Positions 9,982 through 18,378 of a stretch of DNA of 33,658 nt are shown here, piece after piece (the stretch's first letter is position 1; the number at the start of each line of letters is the position of its first letter). The DNA comes from Chrysochromulina tobinii (lineage: Eukaryota). The stretch is from contig JWZX01002700.1 in assembly GCA_001275005.1 (NCBI GenBank), positions 1 through 33,658 of the forward strand, written 5' to 3'. The notes beneath the pieces were generated by a model, which saw nothing but the letters and a program-made list of their open reading frames with translations, did not search any database and had not been told where the DNA came from. Made by a program: the position numbers and the translations under genes.

Positions 9982-10973
9982 GCCCGCGGTAGGCTGGTAC
10001 GCGCGCGCGCGGCGGTGCAGGCGGCGGCGGCGAGGGCGGGGGCGGCAACGAAGGCGGGGACGGCAACAAACGCCCCTCTGGGAGGGAATGGCAGAGGGAA
10101 AGGTCCCTTTGGGAAAGGTGGTAACCGTGGCGGCAGTGAGCTGTGGTAGGCGGCGGCAGTGACAGGGAGGGAGAAGGCGCCCGCGTGGGGCGATGCGCGC
10201 GGCGATAGTCCGTGCCGCTGAAGATGGCTGGCAAGTTGAACCGGTGTGCTCAGCTAGAGTTTGCGCGTGGTGATTACGATACGTGGTGATATTCTTGTGT
10301 GGGTTCGAAGCCGAGCACGCCCGGTGCCCCGTTCGGTGTACGAGTACGTTGAAGGTTCACGCGCTCGGACCGGTTCCGCAACTTCCATCGGGGTACACGG
10401 CGGACGTAACGTCGATGGTACGATGGACCATTATGCAAATCGGATAACTCCCGGTACTCCCCGCGTCCCCGCCGCCCCCGGCGACAGCCCGCGCGACCGC
10501 GGGGCGGCGCCGCGCGCCCGCGGCGTCGGGGGACCAACCACGCCCACGCGGCGGGGGGGCGGCGCGCGCGACCGTCGTAGGTTCGCGCCTTCTCGCCGCG
10601 CTTATCTCGCAATCTCGGCGCGCGGGCGCGCGCGGCGGTTCTCGAGCGCGTCACAATCGCGTTCACTGTCGATGTATTCAAATTCATGACCCTTTCCGAA
10701 CCGGCTACCGGGGCAACGGCGCCGACGCTCGGCGATGCGGTTGCCGGACCGGCTGCGCTGACGGTCGCCGAAAGGCTGAAGACTCTAGCGCTGAATACAT
10801 ACGTCGTGGAGTCGCGCCCGCGGCCCGGCTCTACTCGTGCGCCACCGCTCTTGCATAACTTGCAACGGTTACATGTACATGATTGTACACGACCACGTCA
10901 ATTATCAACCCGAATCCACAGTCGTACACATTTCATGGATCCCTCAGCGGTTCTCCTGTTGTCTCCACCTCGC

Positions 10974-12053
10974 TCACCCGAGCGTCTGCACAGTGAGCCA
11001 TCCGAGTCGTTTCAGCCCCGGACCGAGCACTTCCAGGTAGGCCGCGTGGAGTGCATCCGCCAGAAAGCGCACCGGTGGGAGCACGAGCGTTTCTTCGAGC
11101 TCCGCCAGGCGCTTGAGCGCGGCGATCGGCGGCAGGCTGCTTGCCCATACGTCCCATGAGCACAGCACCGCGCTGACGCCGAGCGCCGCTGCCCAGGCCG
11201 CGTGAGCAAGTTGCTCGGCGAGTCGCGCCATGGGAGATAGCCAATGGCCAAGCGGCGCAAGCGGCGCAAGCGGCGCAAGCAGCGGAGAGCCAAAGACGGA
11301 TGCGAGCGCCGACGTAGCTTTGGAAGCGAGCACCGTGGCGGCAGGCTCGACGCTGCCAGCGAGCCAGCCTCGATTCATCGCACGAAGCGTGAGCGCGAGG
11401 ACCATGAGGAGGGCCAGGGCCTGCTTGGCTCGGTCGGCGACGAAGGACGGGCGCGCATCCACGGGGCGGCGCGCAACGGCATCCGCCGCGAAGGCCACGG
11501 CGACGAGCTCGGCTAGCAGCCGCCAGAGCCTCGTGTGCGCACGAAAGACCAGCGCCACGCCGAGTGCTGCTTGAAGGCGCACCTGCGGGTTTACGGAGGC
11601 GGAGGATGAAAATTCGGCCGATGCCCCGAGCAGCCAGGCGAAGCCCAGCGCGACGCCAAAGCTTGCGGCTTCTACGAGGACTATTCCCAGCATCAGAGCC
11701 CCGATGCAATCGACAGGCCTGAGGCTCCCGGGTGCAAGCGTTTCGGTTTTGCGCCGCACAAATGTGGCACGGGTATCGTTATAACCCTCGGCATAGGAGG
11801 CCTTGATACGCTTCCAAGCTTCGGACAGCGAAAATGGGTTTGCTGGCGGCTCCTGAGCGGTTGCCATCCGCAGGCGAGCTGGTGCTGTCGTGTAGTACAC
11901 GTACGAACGGCTGAGACCATCGCCAATGCACGCCCTCGCCTGCGGACTCGGTTGCACCATCGACAAGAGCTGGGAGCCACGCACGGGTTTACTTGGCATC
12001 AGAGCTGCCACCTGAGTAAGGGCACCGAGGATTGCGAGGAGGCTGATCGGCAT
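10974..12053 (-). CDS. Hypothetical membrane protein with a bipartite (signal peptide plus plastid transit-like) leader, 359 aa
   Basis: MPISLLAILGALTQVAAL is followed by a Ser/Arg/Pro-rich segment ending APARLRMA. Several hydrophobic helices follow. Divergent from the gene at 12261. Confidence 0.7.
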   Translation of the reverse strand: MPISLLAILGALTQVAALMPSKPVRGSQLLSMVQPSPQARACIGDGLSRSYVYYTTAPARLRMATAQEPPANPFSLSEAWKRIKASYAEGYNDTRATFVRRKTETLAPGSLRPVDCIGALMLGIVLVEAASFGVALGFAWLLGASAEFSSSASVNPQVRLQAALGVALVFRAHTRLWRLLAELVAVAFAADAVARRPVDARPSFVADRAKQALALLMVLALTLRAMNRGWLAGSVEPAATVLASKATSALASVFGSPLLAPLAPLAPLGHWLSPMARLAEQLAHAAWAAALGVSAVLCSWDVWASSLPPIAALKRLAELEETLVLPPVRFLADALHAAYLEVLGPGLKRLGWLTVQTLG

Positions 12054-12203
12054 GGATCTACCAATCAGGCGCGACCCGTGTGAACGTACCGGGTAAACAC
12101 GACAGACGCGACAACCGGTGCTACGTGGAAAGAAAGAGGAAAGGACCTACACAGGACCATGGGCTTGCGGGAGTGATTGCTGCAGGGGTTGCTGGGAGCC
12201 TCT

Positions 12204-12226
12204 TTGACTTGACTTGACTTGACTTG
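12204..12226. repeat. (GACTT)n microsatellite in the ~207-bp bidirectional intergenic region
   Basis: ttgacttgacttgacttgacttg, lying between the ATGs at 12053 (-) and 12261 (+). Confidence 0.85.
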
Positions 12227-12260
12227 TCTTGCGGAATTCATCTTCTCAGCGTCGTCGAGC

Positions 12261-15200
12261 ATGCCTCGCACGCGCACCTGCGTCTGCGTCCGCTGCGAGA
12301 AGTCGTATCGCACGACTTACCGTGGCGCACAACCACTTTGCAAGCAGTGTACGCCCGATAAGGCTGCAGGCGCCTCTCCACCCGTAAAGGCTGTTGGCAC
12401 CGGGCCTGGCCAGACAAGCGGCGCACAAGGCGCCTCTCCGGCCTTTGAGAGCGTGTTGTACATGCCAAAGGAGGCGGAGCTCGCCTTCACGGCTGGGCAC
12501 TGCCTGTTACACTCGATCACCGCCATGGATCCGTACGCTGACACCTCCTTCGAGGAGCTGCGGCACGCGGCATACCAGCAGTCGCCGCCACCGCGGACGG
12601 TTGACGGGTTCGTGGGTGAGGGCTTCTGCGACGCGCTCGAGCTCCGGCGCATGCGCAAGCACCAGGTGGCACTGACGCTGGCGCCGGACGGCGCCGGCGG
12701 CTGTGCTGCCATCCTGCATGTGCGCTCGACCGGCCCGCGCCAGGTGGCCGCCCCTGTGGCTCTGTCGGAGTTGTGGGAGTTCGCAAACTTCCCGGTCCAG
12801 CTGCCCGGCGCACCGTCGGAGCTCGCCCAGCGCGAGAACTTCGAGCCGATGATCGTGTGGGAGGAGGGAGCTTGGTTCGCCACCCGAGGCTGGATGGACA
12901 TCGGTGACCACGTGTTCGAGAGCATGGGCGACGTGCCCTCGTCGGACCGAACGGACTGGGAGGGGTCGCCTCGAGGAGCCCAACACGGCGCTCCATCTCG
13001 AGGAGCCCAACACGGCGCTCAATCTCGAGGAGCCCAGGGGCATCCATCGTCGGGGCAGCAGTGCCCCGCTTCGGGGCCGCTCGTCTGTGACGAGGCGCCC
13101 GAGATGGCGCCCGAGCTGGTGAGAAAGCGCCGTGGCGCGCGGCTGCAGTCGATCACTGCCTCGGAGGTACACGCGCATGCATCCTTCGAAGAGATGCGCT
13201 TCGCTGCGTGGCAGCGCCCGTCGGGCGGGCCGCCGTCGTTGGCCTACGGCGGCGGCATCACCGCCTCACTCGCCTCCGTCGCCTGCTTCACCTCCGCGCC
13301 CAACATGGCGCCTGCCTCGCTTCTCGCCTCGACCTTCGGCGCCCAACACGGCGCCCACGCCTGGCCCAGGGCACCTTTGGCCCCAACGGACGTTTCGCCG
13401 CGAGCTCTCACCGCCATGGGCGCCGTGCTGGGCAGCACCGTCGGCGCCGCCTTCGCTGACGCCGCCGGCGCCCCGCCAGGGCCAGAGCCGCTGCTCGGCT
13501 GCCTGCCGTTTGGCGCTCCCACCTTGAGCACGCTCCAGCTGGCTGCCTCGAGGGTCGCGGCGGCCATCCACGACAGCCGCCAGCGTAGGCGGCTTCGTGC
13601 TGGCGCTGCCAGTGGCGTCGACGGCGACGTCGACGTTGGCGGCGGCGGCGGCCGAAGCGGCAGCCGGAGCGGCAGCGTCGGGCGGCAGATGGGCAGGAGT
13701 GGGCAAAGGGCGGATCGGATGCTTGTGCTCGTGTGTGGTGGGGCGGCTGGGGGCGCCAACGAGATACCGGTAGAGATCTGCGTGGCCTCGAGCGCCGCCG
13801 TGCGCGCGCTCTGCGCCACCATCCACCTGATGCTCTCGTCTGGCTTTGGCGACGACGAAGACGAGGACGAGGACGACGATGACGAGGACGAGCGTGCGCA
13901 TCCTCCTGTGGAAGGAGCTGTGGAAGGAGCCAGGGAGGTGCACGCCGCAGCCGCGGCAGAGGGCCGCCCTGTCGAGCCGATCACGGTGGAGCCATGCGCC
14001 GGCCGACCCATGCGCGTTGCATCGACGGCTCCCAACGAGTCCGCAACACCGACGGACACGGCGCCGCCCGACACGGCGCCGCTCGACACGGCGCCGCTCG
14101 ACACGGCGCCGTCCATACGTTTGACGATGCCGCCATTGCTGACGGTGCTGAGCCTCCAAGCCATCGTCGACTACTGCATGCTCCGCCAGCGTGTGAGCTC
14201 GGCCGAGCCTCTTGCACACGACCTTCCACACGACCCGATCGCGCGGCACGATCCCATCGCACACGATCCGATCGGCTGGATGTGCCGCCGCGCCCATCTA
14301 GGCGAGGGCTTCAGCCCTGCCGAGCGCCGTGCCTTGGGATGGACAAGGCGTGCGAGCAGCAGTGCATGCAGCAGTTCATGCAGCAGTGCGGGCCGCGGAG
14401 GCGGCGGCTTGGGCGATGCCGCGGGCAGCGTCGGCGACGGCGATGGGGAGTTCCCACAGGCGCCTTCAGAACTGCCCACACCCTTTGACACACCCTTCCT
14501 ACGCCCGCGCCCGAGCGATCCCGCCCGATTCGCGCCGCCCTTTGCGCCGCCCTTTGCGCCCACGGTCTCGCCGCTGGTGGTGGATGCGTCGGGTCGCCCT
14601 TGCCGCCTGCAGGCCATCACGGCGATGGCGGCGTATGAGAGCGCTTCCTTTGAGGAGATTCGCTTCTCCGCGTGGCTACGCGACAAGAGCGACCAAGGGC
14701 GCCTCGCGACCGACGCGCCGATGCAACGGCGGGCACTGCTGCCGCCGCTTCCCTCGTTGCCGCATTCCTCGTTGATCGACGACGACGACGTCGGCGGCGG
14801 CGGCGGCGGCGGCGCTGACGACGACTGGTCTTCGCCACTGCCAGTCCTCGCCTCGCCACCGCCCGCGCGCGCCCTCGCCGCCCCTCGGGATATCCGCACC
14901 GTCGCCGCCACCACTCAGAGCGGCCAGGCTCTCGCACCGCCGGCGCTCGCACCGCCGCCGCTGCCGTTACCGGCCGACAGTCCGACCCCTTCGCTGCCAG
15001 CCGAACCGGAGGGCCCAGAGCCCAACACGACGCCTAGTTGGTTCGAGACTTCTTTTCACGGGGCCGCTGCCGCCGGCGCCACGGCGCCCGGTACGGCGCC
15101 CGGTACGCCCACGTGGCTCCCAGCGGCTGGAGGGTCGAGCGCTGCGTCGAGCGCTGCGACGAGCGCTGCGTCGAGCGCTGCGTCGGGCGCTGCGTCGAGC

Positions 15201-17402
15201 GCTGCGTCGAGCGCTGCGTCGAGCGCTGCGTCGAGCGCTGCGTCGAGCGCTGCGTCGGGCGCTGCGTCGGGCGCTGCGTCGAGCGCTGCGTCGGGCGCTG
15301 CCTCGAGCGCTGCGTCGGGCGCTGGCTTGGGCCGACAGAGGCTGCGGCCGCCGCCGCTGCTGGCCCCGTTGGAGGTGGACTCGACGGCACGGCCGCTGCT
15401 GACCACACGCATGCTCCGCTCACTCCTCAGCTCCTCCTCCCTGCAGGCCCAGCCGCGCGCGTGGCGGCTCATGGCGCTGGACTTTCACACCGCCACGGCG
15501 CTCGCGCAGCTGCCCACGCGCGGCGTGTGCGAGCTGGCCACGGCGGCCTCGTATCTCGACTGTGCTCCGCTGCTCGAGATCGCAATCTCGAATCTCGCCG
15601 AGCGGCTGGGCTCGTGCAATCTCCCGCACGAGATCCGCGCCCTCTTCGACATGCCCGAGAGGGACTCGCCGCAAGCGCCGTACTGCGCGCCACAAGCGAC
15701 CGCGCCACAAGCTACCTTCGCTCGTGCCGCCGCCGACAGCAAAGGGTCCGGCGCTGTGGTAGCCATGGCCGGCGCTGTGGTAGCCATGGCCAGCACGGTG
15801 GCAGCCGGCGGTGGCCAGGTGCGAATCATCCATGATGGCCGTGGCGATGATGTGGTCGGCGGCTCGCCCTTTTTAGGCAGCCGTCGACATAGTGAGCGCC
15901 ATGCTGAGCGCTCTCGGCTGACAGCAGAGGAGTCCTCGCGCTTTGCTCCACTGCCATCCCCTCTAGCTGCGGCCTCGCGCCCTCCTGCCGCGCCGCCCGC
16001 GTCGTCGGCGCTTGCGCTGAAGCGGCGCCAGGGCAAGAAAGGGCATGGCAGGAAGCGCACGGCCGGCCTCGAGGCGACAGCGCATGGGCATTCGTCGGGC
16101 AGCCGGGCGGATGACGAGGTGGAGGGCGGCATGAGCGCCGAGGAGGAGGAGGAGCTGCATTGGCTGGAGACGCTCGGTGTGAACGAGGAGGCTCGATGTG
16201 AACGAGGAGGTGAGGATGAGGAGGCTGGCGCGGTGGAGGCGGCGACGACTTTGCCGACCGATCGCCCACCCTTTGCTTTGGCCACGCTCACCACGGCGCT
16301 CACCACGGCGCTCACCGCCACCTCGTCGTCAATCGCGGCAGACACAGCCGCCGCCACTGCCACTGCCGCCACTGCCACTGCCGCCACTGCTGCCGCGACC
16401 GCCGCCGCGGCCGCCATCCCAACGGCTTGGCCGGTGGCGAGCCTGGCCACGCCGTACCTGGACGCAGACCTCGTCGAGCAAGCCCTGCTGCGTCTACCGA
16501 TGCGATCGCTCCTCATCGCGCGTCGCGTGAGTGAAGCGTGGCGCGCCGGCGTGGCACTGCTGATGCGCAACTCAGCGTGGCAGGTTCGTCATGTGGGTGT
16601 GCGCGAGCTGCTCGAGGGCGGTGCGAGTGACGAGACGATCGCTCGACGCGCGCAGCTCGCGCGTCATGAGCTCGAGGCGATCGATCAGGATGGCAATACG
16701 CCCCTCCACTTGGCAGTGCGCTGTGCTGGGCGTGAGCCGCTTGGCGCATCTCCGCAGACGTCGCGACGAGACGCGAGCGAGCACAGGCGCCAACGCGAGC
16801 TCGACGAGCTCGAAGAAATCGACGAAATCGACGAAACGGCCACCGCGGCGAGGAGCTCGTCGAGGGCAGCCGCGCGGCTTGCCGGCGGCGCTACGGGCGG
16901 CAGCGCCCGTTCTGTGCGCTGTCCCGAGCGGATCTCGGCAGAGCTGCTGAGCGCCATGGCGGCCGCAGGTGCCGAGACGGCGGCTCTCTCGGCCGAGTAC
17001 CGGCGGGGCGAGGTGCCTCTCCACGTGGCACTGCGCCTCGGCCTGGGGCGGCCGAAGGTGCTCGCCCTCCTGCACGCTGCGCCGCGCGCCGCCTCGTGTC
17101 TCGACTACCGTGGCCGCTCGCCCCTGCACCTGGCCGCGTGCTACGGCGCGCCGTGCGCGGTCGTGCAGGCCCTCCTCAACTACCGGCCTCACGCGGCCGT
17201 CACCTGCGATGACGAAGGGCACTCGCCCCTCGATTTGGCGCTTCGTCGCAAGCACGCCAACCCACACGTCATCGCAATGCTCGAGCGGCATCGCGACGCC
17301 GTCTTTGTCGCACTCGAGGCCGACGATCTGCAGTGGACCTTTGGCGAGCAGACCGAGACTGAGACCGAGGAGGACGACGAGCACGAGCTCTTCACGCCGT
17401 GA
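12261..17402 (+). CDS. Large multidomain protein (~1713 aa): N-terminal CxxC..CxxC finger, 3 GLEBS-like motifs, split Skp1-like domain, F-box-like motif and C-terminal ankyrin repeats
   Basis: First ATG is at 12261. GLEBS-like: LHSITAMDPYADTSFEELR, LQSITASEVHAHASFEEMR, LQAITAMAAYESASFEEIR. Skp1-like: ELATAASYLDCAPLLEIAISNLAERL...PHEIRALFDM. F-box-like: LDADLVEQALLRLPMRSLLIARRVSEAWR. Ankyrin: DQDGNTPLHLA, GEVPLHVA, DYRGRSPLHLAA, DDEGHSPLDLA. Confidence 0.85.
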   Translation: MPRTRTCVCVRCEKSYRTTYRGAQPLCKQCTPDKAAGASPPVKAVGTGPGQTSGAQGASPAFESVLYMPKEAELAFTAGHCLLHSITAMDPYADTSFEELRHAAYQQSPPPRTVDGFVGEGFCDALELRRMRKHQVALTLAPDGAGGCAAILHVRSTGPRQVAAPVALSELWEFANFPVQLPGAPSELAQRENFEPMIVWEEGAWFATRGWMDIGDHVFESMGDVPSSDRTDWEGSPRGAQHGAPSRGAQHGAQSRGAQGHPSSGQQCPASGPLVCDEAPEMAPELVRKRRGARLQSITASEVHAHASFEEMRFAAWQRPSGGPPSLAYGGGITASLASVACFTSAPNMAPASLLASTFGAQHGAHAWPRAPLAPTDVSPRALTAMGAVLGSTVGAAFADAAGAPPGPEPLLGCLPFGAPTLSTLQLAASRVAAAIHDSRQRRRLRAGAASGVDGDVDVGGGGGRSGSRSGSVGRQMGRSGQRADRMLVLVCGGAAGGANEIPVEICVASSAAVRALCATIHLMLSSGFGDDEDEDEDDDDEDERAHPPVEGAVEGAREVHAAAAAEGRPVEPITVEPCAGRPMRVASTAPNESATPTDTAPPDTAPLDTAPLDTAPSIRLTMPPLLTVLSLQAIVDYCMLRQRVSSAEPLAHDLPHDPIARHDPIAHDPIGWMCRRAHLGEGFSPAERRALGWTRRASSSACSSSCSSAGRGGGGLGDAAGSVGDGDGEFPQAPSELPTPFDTPFLRPRPSDPARFAPPFAPPFAPTVSPLVVDASGRPCRLQAITAMAAYESASFEEIRFSAWLRDKSDQGRLATDAPMQRRALLPPLPSLPHSSLIDDDDVGGGGGGGADDDWSSPLPVLASPPPARALAAPRDIRTVAATTQSGQALAPPALAPPPLPLPADSPTPSLPAEPEGPEPNTTPSWFETSFHGAAAAGATAPGTAPGTPTWLPAAGGSSAASSAATSAASSAASGAASSAASSAASSAASSAASSAASGAASGAASSAASGAASSAASGAGLGRQRLRPPPLLAPLEVDSTARPLLTTRMLRSLLSSSSLQAQPRAWRLMALDFHTATALAQLPTRGVCELATAASYLDCAPLLEIAISNLAERLGSCNLPHEIRALFDMPERDSPQAPYCAPQATAPQATFARAAADSKGSGAVVAMAGAVVAMASTVAAGGGQVRIIHDGRGDDVVGGSPFLGSRRHSERHAERSRLTAEESSRFAPLPSPLAAASRPPAAPPASSALALKRRQGKKGHGRKRTAGLEATAHGHSSGSRADDEVEGGMSAEEEEELHWLETLGVNEEARCERGGEDEEAGAVEAATTLPTDRPPFALATLTTALTTALTATSSSIAADTAAATATAATATAATAAATAAAAAIPTAWPVASLATPYLDADLVEQALLRLPMRSLLIARRVSEAWRAGVALLMRNSAWQVRHVGVRELLEGGASDETIARRAQLARHELEAIDQDGNTPLHLAVRCAGREPLGASPQTSRRDASEHRRQRELDELEEIDEIDETATAARSSSRAAARLAGGATGGSARSVRCPERISAELLSAMAAAGAETAALSAEYRRGEVPLHVALRLGLGRPKVLALLHAAPRAASCLDYRGRSPLHLAACYGAPCAVVQALLNYRPHAAVTCDDEGHSPLDLALRRKHANPHVIAMLERHRDAVFVALEADDLQWTFGEQTETETEEDDEHELFTP
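12970..13036 (+). repeat. 27-bp coding tandem repeat x2.5 (RGAQHGAxS)
   Basis: CTCGAGGAGCCCAACACGGCGCTC(C/A)AT at 12970 and 12997, with a partial copy at 13024. Confidence 0.9.
15134..15324 (+). repeat. 12-bp coding minisatellite x16, encoding S(S/G)AA
   Basis: GTCG(A/G)GCGCTGC units, in frame within the large ORF. Confidence 0.95.
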
Positions 17403-18378
17403 TGATCCAGCACCCGATGGGCCGCCCCATCCGGCGATAAGTGCTATTGAGGAGACACTCGTCTCTGTACGGAATAGAGCTCTAAAGCCATCAAACGGAG
17501 CCTCGCTCAACCAGTCGTTCTCCTCTAAGCGCTCTACGCAACGCCAGAAAAGCCCGCGCACGGCCGCGATCACTGCGCAATGACCTTATCGGTGCCGTAT
17601 TTGTTATTACCAAAATGTGAACGCCCCAATCCCCGCATCGTCAGTACGTACTTTATTGGTTTATTCATGACTTTATTTCAAGATTGACCGGTTGACACCC
17701 CGCCCCGGGACCTCCGCGCGGACGCGCTGCTCGAGCGGGCATCCGATCGGATAGCGATAGGCATAGGGTATTTCCCCAGGACGCGTTGTGCTGAAGAGAG
17801 ACTCGGATCACGAATTCGGACCGGTGGGTTCTAGCGCTTGCGCTAGATTGGTTGTCTTCCAGAGCGAACAACGTTAAGGGCGGTAGGCGCAACACCTCGA
17901 CCCGTACTGTCGAGCCCGGAGCGCCGGCGGGCGGGTGAAACTAACATGCATGCATGCGCATGAATATACAGAAGCATACTGTGCTTGCCAAATCTGGCGA
18001 AGCAAGATCCGTAATCATTGCGTGACGTGTCGCATAGATCTCCTGAGATGTCGCCCCAAGCGCGTCGCGCATCCTGGTCAGCGGCTCCGCCGCGTTTGTC
18101 GTGCCCCACCCTCCTCAGACCCGTACTGTTTAGAATAGGGGGACTCAGAGCTCGGCCTCACAAGGCCAGCTCTCGGGGCTGATTATTACTTAACATCCCT
18201 AACAAGTGTGATGCACAGATAAGACGGACCGGAATCCGGAAACATCTCACCGGAAACCTGCGTGTCTGATCCGGTGCTGAAGATGGAGGCGAGCACGCGC
18301 GGGACCCGACGTGCCCAAGCCCGGCCGTGCGGCCAGGGGCTTCCAATCCCAACATCCAACACGAAACATTACACAGCT

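Noticed and set aside
10240..10320. tRNA-like signals: GCTCAGCTAGAG and B-box-like GGTTCGAAGCC (10302-10312)
   Set aside because: The T-stem and acceptor stem do not pair, so no cloverleaf can be built.
12219..12260. Upstream non-ATG starts in the ORF track (also 26976, 26091, 1353)
   Set aside because: In this eukaryotic context the first in-frame ATGs (12261, 27036, 25959, 1281) give more sensible N-termini.
15134..15324. Regular repeat arrays as a CRISPR (also 27898-27978)
   Set aside because: Head-to-tail units without spacers, in frame within eukaryotic coding sequence, and no cas genes.
17789..17820. CTGAAGA as a hammerhead ribozyme core
   Set aside because: No correctly placed GAAA or flanking helices were found.
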